From positions 21,328,001 through 21,392,000 of the forward strand of contig JBHGNT010000005.1 in NCBI GenBank assembly GCA_043228905.1: 64,000 nt of DNA. Reading direction: 5' to 3'. The translations under genes and the position numbers were made by a program. Numbering within the stretch: the stretch's first letter is position 1; each line of letters begins with the position of its first letter. Source of the DNA: Azolla caroliniana. Its lineage: Eukaryota > Plantae > Polypodiophyta. Of the stretch, positions 1-12,914 are shown piece after piece. The notes below the pieces were generated by a model. That model was given only the letters and a program-made list of their open reading frames with translations, did not search any database and had not been told where the DNA came from.

Positions 1-1894
1 ACTTCTTCGAAGCTTTCCGGCTCCCCCTCATCGGTCAGCAGAACATGCTCTGCATCCGGAAATCTCCGGGGTGCCCTTCTCTCTCTGAGAGGATATCTCC
101 GTCTTCGGGCTTCGGTAACTAGCTCCTCCATTTGCTCTTCATCCGAATCCGATTCGGGGTCTTGGCCGGTTCCGGTCTTAGCTTCCTCTACCTCTTCTTC
201 TGCTGGTTCGGTATCCTCACCGTAACCGGCTGGTTCCTCGAGTGCTAACCGGTCTCTTGCCGGTTGGGTCTGCTCATCATAGAGTCTATCCTTACCGGTC
301 GACTCGGAGTTCATTATCTTCTTCTCCGACTCCCAGTCGGCGAGCGTCTTGTTCTCCATGAAGATAATATCTTGACTCCGGAATACCTTCTTGTCGACCG
401 GGTCCCACACTCGGTAGCCGAACTCATCGTCACCGTAACCGAGGAATATGCATGGCCGGGTCTTTGGATCTAGCTTTCCTCTCCGGTCCTTAGCTACATG
501 CACATACACGAGACACCCGAACACCTTCAGATGCCGGTAGGACACTTCCTTACTGGTCCATACTCTTTGTGGCGTGTCTCCGTCCAAGGGTACTGAGGGT
601 GATCTGTTTATCACATATGTCGCCGTCGACAGTGCCTCAGCCCAAAACTTCTTGGGTAGTTTTGCATGCGCTAGCATACTCCGGACCCTCTCCATTATGG
701 TCTGGTTCATCCTCTCGGCCAGTCTGTTTAGTTCCGGCGTCTTCGGCACGGTAAATTCGAGCCGGATTCCCTTCAAGCGGCAGTACTCCTCGAACTGCCC
801 CCGGTAGTCTCCTCCGTTATCTGCTCGAACCATCTTCAGCTTCCGGCCGGTTTCTCTTTCCACTCTTGCGTGGAGCTCTTTGAAGACGGATAACACCTGA
901 TCCTTTGTCTTCAACGGTGTGGCCCACAGCTTCCGGCTGTGGTCATCTATGAACGTCATGAAGTATTGCACTCCGGCATGTGACTTCGTGTCTACTTGAC
1001 ACACATCCGTATGCACCAACTCTAGTGGTGCATTACGTCTCACCGGTGGCCTTGATCGAAAGGAGGTCCGGTTCTGCTTACCGGCCAGACAATCAGTGCA
1101 CTTCTCCAAGTGCACGTTCTTCACTGGAATGAGGTTGTCGTCTGCAAGCCTCTTCATCCCCTTCTCGCTCATGTGACATAGCCTTTTGTGCCACAGCTCA
1201 CCGGCACTGTCGGATGCCACGTTCACTTCCTTCGGACATAACTGGGCATTCATCAGGTACATCGTGTTTACCTTCCGGGCCCGAGCCACAATCAGGCTCC
1301 CTTTGCTGAACTTCATAACAACGTTCCAGATGCTACCCATGTAGCCTTCATCATCTAGCCAACCGGCTGATATCAGGTTCAGACGAACCTCCGGAACGTG
1401 TCGGACATCCTTCAGCAGCAATTTGCATCCGGTTGGTGTTGTCAGCCACACGTCTCCTATGCCGATGATTCGGCATGTTCCTTCATTCCCCATCCGGACA
1501 CAGCCGTGATCACCGGCTGAATAGGATGAGAAGCATTTCCGGTCCGGGGTAAGGTGGAACGACGCTCCGGAGTCTACCACCCAGGTCATCTCGTCGCCGG
1601 CAAGGTTCATCTCACTCTCCTCGGTGATGAGCATCAACTCTTCTTCACTTGCCGCGATTGCCGTCGTTCCCTTCCGGTCCGTCCCCTTCCGGTCTTTACC
1701 GTTCCGGTCTGGGGTTTGCTTCGAATCGGTACCGTCGGTTTCCTTGTCTTTACGGAGATGCCGACAGTTCTTTTGGAAGTGTCCGGGCTTGCCACAATAG
1801 AAGCAAGTCGGCCTCCCCCTTGACTTTAACTGTGTCCCCGACTTCTCCCAGTTCTGGAGTCGGAGCTCGTATCTTTATCCTTCCGACGCGCCTC
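1..1894 (-). mobile_element. Ty1/Copia (Tnt1/Tork-like) internal fragment: zinc knuckle, protease, GAG-pre-integrase, integrase; runs off the left edge of the window
   Basis: Near-identical to 45310-47273 of the full copy. Minus strand gives CYCGKPGH knuckle, WVVDSGAS protease and WHKRLCHMSEKG. Small internal deletion near 1855; homology stops abruptly at 1894. Confidence 0.9.
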
Positions 1895-2274
1895 CAAGGA
1901 AGAAGTTATCATAGCAATAGAAGGATTATGAAAGAGAAGAAGAAGTTATCATAGCAATAGTAAGGTTATGAACAAAGAAGAAGAAGATATTCAAGATATT
2001 TGAAGGTCATAATGAAAAGGCAAGGGGAAGCGGTGTGATGTCAACAACATTTAAGGAGCACCATGCGGCACAATCATACCATAATGATACGCGATGTGCA
2101 TGCGCGAGAATCAAGAATAGGCGGTTGAGAAAGATGGGGCTACAAAATTTCTGGATAAATGAAGAAGTCTCATTTCGTGAATGACAGATCTCAAGAACAC
2201 AGAGCGCATAGAATTCCGGAAAAGCACAAGCACTCAATCTCCAAACCGAGCTCGAAGTAGATAACACAGAACCC

Positions 2275-2811
2275 ATGGCGTTGTCGAGCGAAGTTAAGAA
2301 TTGGCTTATCAAGAACGGCCTCGAAGGTTTCATCCAGGTAGCCGAGGCACCACCACATGAAGAACCGGAGATGGTCGCGGCAACGATTGATTTGGACGGA
2401 CTTTCCAAAGTAACTGTGCAGGCGGCCATAGAACTACCTTCTGAAGGACTGCACTCGATCGAGAACCCCTCCACTCAAATACTGACAGAATATTTGGGGA
2501 AGTTCTCGATCGCGAACAAGGCATACTGGACACAGGATGGCGAAAACCCCCTATTCCGAGAAGTGGCTCAGGTGCGGCTCGAGTATGGATTTGTTCATCC
2601 CCGACCATTCACCATGCCCAAGAATAGAGCCGGTTTTATTATCGCAACATTCGAAGGGTTAAGGGTGAATTGGCCCTTAATCGTGGCAGATTCACTCCGA
2701 ACAGTGATTGTGGCCGTAGTCGATGGCAAGAAAGCATGGGTCGGAGTAGCACAATGGTTTACTATGCTAGTACCCCCAACACGTGTCCTCAAGCTGAAGA
2801 AATGGGCATGA
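2275..2811 (+). CDS. Unknown ORF (178 aa), probably the start of a longer decayed transposon accessory ORF continuing to about 3510
   Basis: ATG-initiated, protein-like composition (..MPKNRAGFIIATFEGLRVNWPLIVADSL..), followed by frameshifted acidic/Pro-rich and helical-looking segments; flanked by TE fragments. Confidence 0.45.
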   Translation: MALSSEVKNWLIKNGLEGFIQVAEAPPHEEPEMVAATIDLDGLSKVTVQAAIELPSEGLHSIENPSTQILTEYLGKFSIANKAYWTQDGENPLFREVAQVRLEYGFVHPRPFTMPKNRAGFIIATFEGLRVNWPLIVADSLRTVIVAVVDGKKAWVGVAQWFTMLVPPTRVLKLKKWA

Positions 2812-3519
2812 CAGGAGACCACGCCAAACAAGCCATCCAAACGGCAGCAACTGTTGGCCAACCAGACCCCCGGATGGACGGTAGGGACGTCCCGGCAAGC
2901 CGAACCAATTTCGGAGCCGTGGAGAGAAGAGCTGGCAAAAGCAGCAAAACCCATTAAAATAATGATGTGAAGACATGACAGGGAACAACGGGAACCGGCA
3001 GTGACAACACACCAGGAAACTGAAGAGGAGGAGGACCTAGAAGACGAAGGGGAACCCCTCTAGAGACGTCCTAAGAAATGGGACAAGGAGCAACATGGGG
3101 AAGGATCGGGTCTGGAGAAGGACAATATACCAATTCAGCAGGAACCAGGGGTGGAGCCAAGGCCGGAGGTGAAGACAACAGAAAGGCCAAAAGTGGTGGA
3201 CACGGTTCAACGGGAATCGGGGCTAGAACATACTACACAACCGAGTCTTCAGACACAACAACAAGAGGACGCGAAGGTCGACACCGGACTAGGTGATAGA
3301 AGAGACGGCTACACAAAGCTTTGGAGAGGAGCAAGGGCGGATGCCGGAAGTAGTACAACAATTCGTTGTACTCACACAATACGGAACCTCTTGACAATGG
3401 TTGGAGTGGCTAGGCAAGCAGGTTGCCAATGTGGCTGACCGAATGGAGGGACAACAGAGACGAGATCCAACGCAGGTGGAATGGTTGCTGGAAGCTATCA
3501 CAAACGAGTAGATGAGGCT

Positions 3520-5505
3520 AAATACTAAGAGAGAGAGAGCATAGACAAGAGAGCAAGAAAGAGAGAGAGGAAATAGACAAGAGGGCGAGAACTAAATTAT
3601 GCTTCTATAACTGGTGTTGTTCACCTTCATTGTAATCAAGGTGCACCCTGAGTATTTATACAAGAATGTGGAGATATGCATGTAAGCTAGGAAACATCGA
3701 GAGAGTGCATGAAGATGCATTCTCTAGAAGTTTCTTGAAAGTTCTAGCGGTTAACCTACAATGTAATAAGTTGAATCTTATACAATATAATAATGTATAG
3801 GTGGATGTATCTTAACTGGTAAAGTTTCTCAGTAAGACCAAGAGGTCATGGGTTCAACTCTCTACATTCCATCGTGTCCATGACATTATCCTCGTTTTAA
3901 GGCCGCCTCCTAGGACCCACAGACGACTTATGTGGGCCTCTGGAGCATTTTGTAAGTGTGTAACCGGTTCCCATGTGGCGTCTAAAATGGGGTAACCTTT
4001 CCATAAGACCAAATATTGGAGTTGTCGATGACAATAGCGGGAGTCGAGGATTTGGTCAACCTCATATTCTTCCCCCATCGACAATTCCACGGGTGGTGGT
4101 GGAGGAGGTTGGCATCCTGGAATTCGAGAAGGATGGTAGAGTTTGAGGAGGGAAACGTGAAAAACATCATGAATCCTGAATCTTGGAGGAAGTGCTAATT
4201 GGAAGGCGACTAGGTTGATCCGCTCGATGATACGAAAGGGTCCTAGTATTTTGTAGTCCAATTTTGCACAACGACGTGTGGTGGCAATGTGGCGACGTAA
4301 CAACCAAACCATGTCCTTGTTATAAAGTCCATAGATAGAGAAGCCCATGGTTGACTTGGAATTGGGAGCGAGTGGAGAAGACTGTATGGCCAATGGTGAG
4401 CCGTTTTGGACCGAGCACATACATCACATGTCTTGATAAATTCCTTGGACAAATTTCCAAGGTTGGGGCCACCAAAACCCCGAGATAGCAACTCCAAGGT
4501 TTTCGTGACGTACAAGAGATGATTACGACATAGTAACCCATCACGGGTTATAAATTGGTTGAGATATGAGCTTTTCATGACTGGGCATGGGTCATTGATA
4601 CGGGCCATGATGTCTTTGGCGAATGAGTTTGACATGGTTGCTGTGGCGATCTCGTTGAGCAAAGAATCATCATGCAACATGCAGTTGGCGAACATCTAAA
4701 GTTGATTGGGCCTCAACAAACAATGGGATTGTTGTGAATATGTATCATCCCCTGAGTGCAATGCGAAATCAGGTCGTCGAGAGGGCATCAACTTTCCCAT
4801 GTTGAACTCTGGGTCAAAACAAGATCTTGAAGTCATAGTCGGCGAGAAAAGATGACCATCGGGCATGCTTCCGATTCAATGTATGAATGGTGGTGAAGTA
4901 AATTAGAATTTTGTGGTCGGTCAACACCTGGATACGATGTTGGGCACCAGCCAAATAGGGTCGCCATTCGCTGCTGGCAGAAATGATGTTGCAAGCTCCT
5001 TGTCATAGACCAAACAATTGATTTTCGGGGCTGTAAATTTCCGAGAGTAAAAGGAAACATGATGTAGTGTGCCCTCGTCGTCTGGTTGGGATAGGACAAC
5101 TCCAATGGCAAAGTCGGAGGCGTCGGTTTCAACTTGGAAGGGCCTTGTGGGGTCGGGGTGGACCAACACTGGGGCTGTGAGAGAAGCTACCTTGAGGGCA
5201 TCAAAAGCACTTTGTGCCACGGAGGTCCAAAGAAATGGAGTATCTTTTCTAGTAAGGATGATTAGAGGTTGCACTAAAGAGGAAAAACCATTGATACATC
5301 GTCGATAGAAATTTGCAAAACCAAGAAATGATTGTATCTCTTTCAACCGAGTAGGGACAGGTCAATCGGTGATTGCCACTACCTTGCATGCATCCATTGT
5401 GATCCCGGATGGTGAAATCACGTAGCCTAGGAATTCGATAGAGCTTCGATCGAATTCACATTTCTCATCCATGTTCTCGAAGTTTGGATAGAACCAAGCG
5501 GACGT
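3520..5505 (-). mobile_element. Ty3/Gypsy chromovirus (Tcn1-like) 3' fragment: RT end, RNase H, deleted integrase, chromodomain, PPT, 3' LTR (~3520-3885)
   Basis: [14 protein letters not shown]; FLGFANFYRR; FQVETDASDFAIGVVLSQ; IHDVFHVSLLK; chromodomain EYEVDQILDSR..QYLVLWKGY..ATWEP. Purine tract followed by TGTCA at 3885. RT is cut at 5505 by the next insertion. Confidence 0.85.
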
Positions 5506-8500
5506 TGTCGTGAAGATTCCGGGCCATAGGTGGAAACAATGTGAAAAGCGTGGGAACACTTTTGTGCACGAGTGCACACCCCTAGTGAATTAAATAGTGT
5601 AAGTACTAGGCATAGGTAGAAAGAGGTGTACTAGGTAGTTAAGGCATTAATAGGAATTCAGACATCGCGTAAGTAGGGAGAGTTACAAGTAGAGCGAATC
5701 AGGGGGGGTAGAATCTAGGAAGGGAAAGCGACAAGTCATGAATGCTTTGTAAAGATTGCTCCTTGTGCTATAAAAGGGGCGACCTTTGACTGTTTACAAG
5801 GGTCATTTTAGAGAAGAGGAGAAAAACAGAGAGGAAGGAAGACAAGGAGTCCTACGACAGAACACCGTAAGGCGCTTCCCCTGCTCATGTCAGACGCCTG
5901 ACTGCTCCCGGCCAGGGGATCGACCTTCTACGTGCCCCGTGTCTTTGTGTTTAACTACTGTATAGCTCTACGCTCCATCACTGGCACTGATCCGGTTGTA
6001 ATCACCCACAGCGCCACGCGCATGTGTTGATTAATAGAAAATTACCTACCTAGCACAAGTTATGCCCAACATCTCTGTCTACGCTTGTGTCTACACTCGA
6101 TCCTCTTACACTCTTTCTCTCGTCTCGCTAAACTTCTCTGTTTAACCGTGGCCTTAGGGCTTACGTAAACCACAGACCCTTCCTCCTCGCTTCTTGATTC
6201 CTTGGTACAAGACCCCCGGGGTCCTGCCCAACTTCTATGCATCCGGGAGGATTTCCTCGACATATTTGGTGAACCCGACGTGAAGAGGGGCGGCAAAGGA
6301 ATCTGAAAATGAGAGGGAGCAAACTTGCAGAAGCAATGGCGGTGGCGGTAGACCGCCTAGTTAGCGCTCGCGAGGGCGCGAGTACCCTCGACAGGGCCAT
6401 AGAAGCAACGGTCGATAAGATAGGTCGGTTTAGTGGAAAAGATGCCACGAGTTACTTAGAGGCCTACAAATCTGAAATGCAGATGAGGAATATACCCGAG
6501 GATAGACGGCTGACAGGGTTTCCCCGGGTCGTGACACCACACATCCATACAGAAATGGCCGAAATGCAAGCAACTTGCTGCGATTAGGTGGAATTCGCAG
6601 AGGAAGTTCTCGAAAGGTACAGCTACGACGACTCACTCCAACTATCGAGAACGAACTTTATGGAGTGGGTCAACAGCCCCGAGAAGGGTCAGAACGCTTC
6701 GGCGCTCCTCCAACCCGATGTCCATGGACTTCTACAAAAAGGGGAAGTGGCCGATCAACACCAAGCACGGGTGGAAGATACGAGTGGCGACATGCGTTAC
6801 GGAGGAGCTGCATGGTGTGTGCCCGAATCTACGCGTAAAGATCGGCGACGTTGAGATAGATCAACACTTCTTTGTGTAGGAGACCTCCTCGCACCCTGTG
6901 ATACTCGGCAAGCCATACATTACGGCGGCATGGATGGAAACGAAGGTGCTTAGGGTCGGATCGGCGTACGCACGCTTGAAGAGCCAGGACGAACAACCCT
7001 CTATTGAGTTTTAGAGAGGGCTATCAAGGCGTGGGGTTGCGATAGTCTGGACACCCCAGAAGAACCCCACACATGTACCATACATAGGAAATTTTGGTTT
7101 GCCGATAACGGGGGTTGTACTATAGCCGGCATCAGTGGCCGGGAAAGGAAGAGGGCGGAAGAAAGACTCAGGGCGTACGGAGTCCTCGGCCTTGGCGAAG
7201 AGATTGGTAGTGCTGTGGAGCTGGTCTCCTTCGATGACACCTTGGGGGAATTACGCGAGGTTGTCGAAGGAGGCCTTAGTGAGGACTGGGTAGTTCCGGT
7301 TAGTTTAGTGGAGATGTACGATGTCATCGCGGACTTCGGGGAAAAGGTCGGGTCCGGTCGGACGGCCCGCGTGGATACTAGGTACAAGAATGTGGACCGG
7401 AAGGTGAGGCCAGTCGTGGCACCCTTGCCGGAGGGCAGCGGAGAGCAGATAAAGGGGGTCGCGTCGGACCCGAGTTTATGTCAACCGGTCGGCATAGGGC
7501 ACCGATTCACCGACATAACGCTACGGGAGCTCAAGGTTGAATGGGGTGGGTTTATATTGCCGGCGGAGGAGGACCGGTTTTGGAGGATGCTCGGAAGACA
7601 CAGGAGAGCCTTGGCATTCTCGGCGGAGGAGATCGGGTGCGTAGACCCGACGATCGTGGAGCCGATGGTGATATTCACGGTGTCGCATGTGTCGTTGAAT
7701 CTCAAGCCGATTCTAGTACCCAAAGCTCACATCCCGAAGTTGATGGAGCTAGTGAAAGAGAAGGTGGAGATGGGCATCCTCGAATTGTCGAACGCCCCAT
7801 ACTCGAATCGGTGGTTTACCGTGCCAAAGAAGAATGGCACGATGTGCTTCATTTAGGACATGCAACCGGTCAACAGGGTGACCATTCGTAATACAGGTAT
7901 CGGACCGACGTTTGACGAGTTCGCAGAAGCCTTCGCCGGAAGGTCAATCTATTCAGTCGGTGATCTGTAGTCGGCGTACGATCAGTTCCAACTAGTCGTG
8001 GAGAGCAGGGATATCACGACGATGCGGACCCCTCTCGGCTTAGTGCGGATGTGTACCCTGCCGCATGGAGGGACAAACTGGTGGCGCACATGGTGAATGC
8101 GATGAACAAGGTGCTGAGGGACTGCATCCTGGACATCACCATGCCATTCTTGGATGACATCCCGATCAAAGGATGCCCGGTGGAGGATAAGGACGAGGCG
8201 GTCGGGCCGGACGGATGCTGGAGGTTCGTCGCAAACCACATTAATGACTGCGAGAAGGTGCTGCAAAGGCTGGAGGACGCGGGGCTCACTTTCTCCAGGC
8301 AGAAATCGGCTAAGGCCGGAAACCGTCTCTGGCAAAGATAGAAGCCATCTCTATAATGAAGGAAGAGTGCAAGTCGGTTACGGAGGTGTAGAGGTTCCTG
8401 AGCGCGTGCGCGTTCTACCACATTTGGATTCTGCACTACGCACACGTCGCGGAGCCACTCTACGGGTTGCTAAAGAAGGGGCGCAAATTTGAATGGGGCA

Positions 8501-11203
8501 AGGAGCATACGGAGTGCGTCCGGAGACTGAAGGAGGTGCTTACCGCGGCACCGGCTCTTAGGAAAGTGGTCTACGACAAGGAGGTCCCCATCTACGTAAC
8601 CATTGACACAAGCCCGACCAGGATCGGATGGGTGATCAATTAGGAGGACGAGAGCGGCGCGCGGTTCCTGATCCGGTTCGGGCGAAGGTCCTCAGTGAGC
8701 GACAGCGAGGATACGCCCAAGTTAAGCGCGAACTATGGGGTATCGTTTCGACGGTTATAGGGACGGAGGTTATAATCGAGACAGACTGCCTACCGATTCT
8801 CGGTATAATTTTTGGATGCGCAACTCCGGACCTGGCAATGCTCAGGTGGATTGTGTACATCAAGTCCCTAAATCCGGAGATACGGCACATCTCCGGGAAG
8901 GACAATGCCATGGCCGACATGCTTTTGAGAGCGCGGTTCGACGACGAGGACGGCATGGTTTCAGAGGACGAGGAAGTTGGCGTAGACTTCTTCGAGACGA
9001 CATACATAACGAGGGAGAGGAGCCCTCCGGCGCTTCACAAATTCTGCGAAGGCGAGTATGACGGGGAGTGGCTCCAGATCGGTAGGTTCTTGAAGACAAT
9101 GACACTAGATGCAGCGTGGACAAAGGAAGAGGCTAACCGGATCCGAAAGAAAGCTTACCGGTTCTTCCTACGAGACGGGAAGATATGGAGGCTCCGAAAG
9201 ATGCGAGGCGGCATTCCACTCCGTGTAGTGGTGAGAAAGGACGAGTTGTTAACGGCGTACCACGAGAGTCCTTGGGCCAGACACCATGGGTCCTGGGCCA
9301 CATTCGAGAAATTGAAAGAGAAGTATTGGTGGCCGGGGCTGTACTGGGATGTGTACCAATTCCTGACGACGTGTGAAAACTGTTAGATGCACTCTGCGAT
9401 CCGGCATCGAGACGAGCTGCACCCAACCTACCCGCTGACCATCCACTTCAAATGGATGTTGGACTTAGTGACAATGCCGATGGGGGTAGGGGCATATGCG
9501 GTATCTGGTGCTTGCACGCGAAGATTTAATGAACCAAGTGGAAGGCCGCGTGCTGACGAAAAAGACGACTGCGGCGGTGTGCCGGTTCTTGATCGAAGAG
9601 GTAGTGTGCCGGTACGGATGCGTGGGAAAAATCGTGGCGGATCGGGGAGAGCTGGACGCGCAGGAAGCTGAGGAGTTGTTTGACTCGTTAGGAGTCAAGC
9701 TCTCCCTCACTAGGGCGTACAATCCAGAGGCGAACGGGAAGGTAGAATGTGGACATGGATTGATCGTGAAGGCTTTGGTACGAGTGTGTGAAGGGCAAGT
9801 CGGGAATTGGCCGCGGCTCCTTCCTTATGCGTTGTGGGCGGGCCGGACTACGCACAGTTCGGTGACAGGGTTCATGCCGGCGAAGTTGATGTACGGGCAA
9901 AAACCGATTATGCCGGTGGAATGGACGATCACTTCATGGGTTGCGGTGGACTGGAAGGACAAGATGAGCCGGGAAGAGTTGCTGGCGGCACGGATTCGGC
10001 TGCTCAAGCGACGACCGGAGGACGTGGAGCAGGCAATGGCGAATCTACGTGAAAGGAACAAAGGCCGGTTCAACCGAACACACCGGCTGAGACCGAGGAA
10101 GATCGAGGAAGGCGACTGGGTGTTGGTGTACGACAGTAGCCTTCATAATCAACACAAGGCGGTGCATACGTTTGCAAGGAGATGGTTCAGGCCCTACACG
10201 GCGACAAGCATGAACGACAACGGCACGTATCATCTCACGGAGCTCGATGGGACGCAGATATCGGTACTGGTGGTCGGCAAGAGGGTCAAGATGTTCAAGA
10301 AGCGGCACGAGGACGAATCGGGGAAGGCGGGGGTTCGGAAAATGATGAGTGATCTAGGGCCGGTTTCCGCCAAGGTTGTTCCTACCTAGCACGTACTGGT
10401 GGACGCGCGGTTTGCTGGGGATGGATGTTGTGGAGAAAACCGCCCCTAGGAGGAATCAAGGAAAGGGGACGTGACCCGATTGTTTTCATGTGTGTGTGTG
10501 TGTGTTTATGAATTGTACATAGGTAGGAGTAGACCGACTGATATGCATATGTACTAGAAAGGGTGTTAATTGTCTAGGGAATCCATGAGTATCTCTGTCC
10601 GAAAGGATAGAGAATAAATTTGATGTAACGGCCTCCTCGGCGACCTATAAAAGGGAGGGGAGAAGAAGATCGTATCACATTTTGGCGAGGACAAAGTGTT
10701 GTCGGACTAGGAACCGAGCTCTCTCCTCCTCAACCGTTGCTCTCCACTACGTTTCTGCGTCGGTTGCCTCTGCTGCGTGTATGCTCGTGTGCTTCCAGCG
10801 GAGGCTCCACTATGCGTTCTCTGTGTCGTCCGTGTGTGTGCGTGGGACCTCCGTTTTGGGTTTGTTGCAGGTTTTCCGGTTGTAATCGTTGTTGACACTG
10901 TAATTGAATCTTTCGTTCTTGTCTCTCTCTCTCTCTCTGAGTTTCTGTGAATCACTCTCCCTTTTCTTTCTCACGCTCCTTGGTTCAGGGCCCCCGCGGT
11001 CCCGCCTCATTTCACACGCGAGAGTGTAACAACATGACAACGTGTTACTTCGATCCCGATAGTGCTGGTTGTGCCCTACGCATCTCGGCACCTAACGCCC
11101 TACGCACCCTCCATCTATCTTATTCTTCTTCTTCTTGAACTCTTCGGTCCGAGGCCCTCATGGTCCCGCCTAGCTTTGCACACACATGTGTAGTTACGCG
11201 ACA
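5506..11203 (+). mobile_element. Non-chromovirus Ty3/Gypsy element (Phygy-like, tRNA-Trp primed), decayed gag-pol, with two dissimilar LTRs
   Basis: LTR 5506-6262 (TGTCG...CGACA); gag from 6309; RT with PYSNRWFTVPKK and FLDDIPIKG; RNase H (ETDCLP); integrase (DRGE, YNPEANGKVE); G-rich PPT then LTR 10426-11203. Confidence 0.85.
6267..6284 (+). promoter_or_regulatory. Primer binding site complementary to tRNA-Trp
   Basis: TGGTGAACCCGACGTGAA 4 nt after the LTR; reverse complement of the plant tRNA-Trp 3' end as I recall it (TTCACGTCGGGTTCACCA). Confidence 0.8.
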
Positions 11204-11912
11204 CCAGTTTCTTGTCCCCGAACTGTACTGGCAGCCAGAGATCTTTGACCACGAGTATGTCCCTCATCTTCGACTTCCACATTGGGTAGTTGGAGCCGGT
11301 GAGATTGAACATGCTTCCAAATGATTCTTCAATTTTCTTGTTTGCTCTGATACCAGTTTGTGATTTATAGCGCTCAGTCACAACCGAGACTCAAACACTT
11401 AATGAAAGAACAAAAACAGAAGTGGAGGTTCATACACTTACACCGAAGAGACGACACAGGATGTTTACGTGGAAAAACCTAACAAGGAAAAAACCACGAG
11501 AGCCCACAAGCTCCAACTATCACTATATGAGGAAGGAGGTACAACAGGAGACTCAAAGGCAATGACCTCGAGCTCTATGTCTTCGCAAACCGGCGGTTAC
11601 AACATAAACTAATTTTGTATCTCACTCTCACTCTCTCTTTCTCACGTTCTGTGTACAACGATGATACAACAAATACAATAAAGTGATTGCCCTAAGTCAT
11701 ATTTATACTTATATGACTTTTGGGATATTTACAAATATAGTCACCATGAAACATATTTACACATATATATTTGGATCCGATTTGCACCGGATCCATTCAG
11801 ATTCACTCGATCTGGTTTCCAGGTCTCATCCGGAACCCTTCCGGAGCGGGTTTCTTCATCCGGCTCATCCGGTCTCATCCGGATCCCATCCGGAGGGACC
11901 GAATTCCCGACA
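11204..11912 (-). mobile_element. Copia 5' end: 5' LTR (11359-11912), tRNA-iMet PBS (11344-11355), gag N-terminus
   Basis: TGGTATCAGAGC; NYPMWKSKMRDILVVKDLW; LTR end resembles the family end CCGGAGGGACC...ACA. The flank 11913-11990 matches the LTR of the Copia at ~53160-53230. Confidence 0.8.
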
Positions 11913-12009
11913 ACTATATGAGCTATTTACAAATATATCCCACTAAGGACACATTGACGCTATTTACAATTATCGCCCTGAGTCGGTTTAGGGTTTAGGA
12001 TCTTATATG

Positions 12010-12850
12010 TTATCATCATTTGTGCTTATTTGTTTGTGTGTCTTGTGACAAGGGAGCGTTTTGGGCTTGCCCTTGCACCTCTCCTTTCACAAAGGCATTC
12101 AAACCTACGTGTCTTATATGTTATCGTCATTTGTGCTTATTTGTTTGTGTGTCTTGTGACAAGGGAGCGTTTCGGGCTTGCCCATGCACCTCTCCTTTCA
12201 CAAAGGCATTCAAACCTACGCGTCTTATATGTTTTTGTCATTTGTGCTTACCTGTTTGTGTGTCTTGTGGCAAGGGAGCGTTACGGGCTTGCCCATGGAC
12301 CTCTCCTTTCACAAAGGCATTCAAACTTCCGTGTCTTGCGTGTTAGTGTAAACCTTGCTTGTGTGTTCGTGCGACTGGTGGGAAGGGAGCGTTCGGGCTT
12401 GCCCATGCACCTCTCCTTTCACAAAGGCATTCGAAATTGTGTCTCACGTGTGTAAACCTTGCTTATGTGTTCGTGTGTCTTGTAACAAGGGAGTGTTCGG
12501 GCTTGCCCATGCACCTCTCTTTTCACAAAGGCATTCGAAACTCTATCTCTTGTGTGTGTAAGTAAGCCTTTTCCTTGTGTGTTCGCATGTCTTGTAACAA
12601 GGGAGCGTTCGGGCTTGCCCATGCACCTCGCTTTTCACAAAAGGCATTCGAAACCCTGTCTCTCGTATGTGTAAGTAAGCCTTTTCCTTGTGTGTCCATG
12701 CGTAAGCCTGTCTCACGTACATTCGTTCACCTTGTGACTAGGGGTTGATTCGGGCTTGCCCATGCACCTCTCCTTTTCACAAACACGTTCGAATACTCGT
12801 GCCTTGTTTGTGTAAGCCATCCTTGTGTTGTACGTGTGAGCCCCATTTCC
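12010..12850. repeat. Tandem array of about 7 units of ~105-115 bp, possibly inside an LTR whose edge is at 12914
   Basis: Recurrent core CAAGGGAGCGTTCGGGCTTGCCCATGCACCTCTCCTTTCACAAAGGCATTC. Sequence ends ..AGAACA at 12914, where Gypsy integrase homology begins. Confidence 0.8.
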
Positions 12851-12914
12851 TTCCCGTCCATAACCCCGACGGTTCCGCCTCACGATCTGCACATAGTGAC
12901 GGATTTTCAGAACA

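Noticed and set aside
264-807. Short ORFs antisense to Copia pol, recurring at ~22800-24400 and ~44300-46500
   Set aside because: Shadow ORFs that recur only because the Copia copies are homologous.
1-11912. Copia pieces 1-1894 and 11204-11912 as one element with a clean nested insertion
   Set aside because: About 400 bp of gag is missing between them, there is no TSD, and the LTR differs from the family LTR at 47837; cannot be joined confidently.
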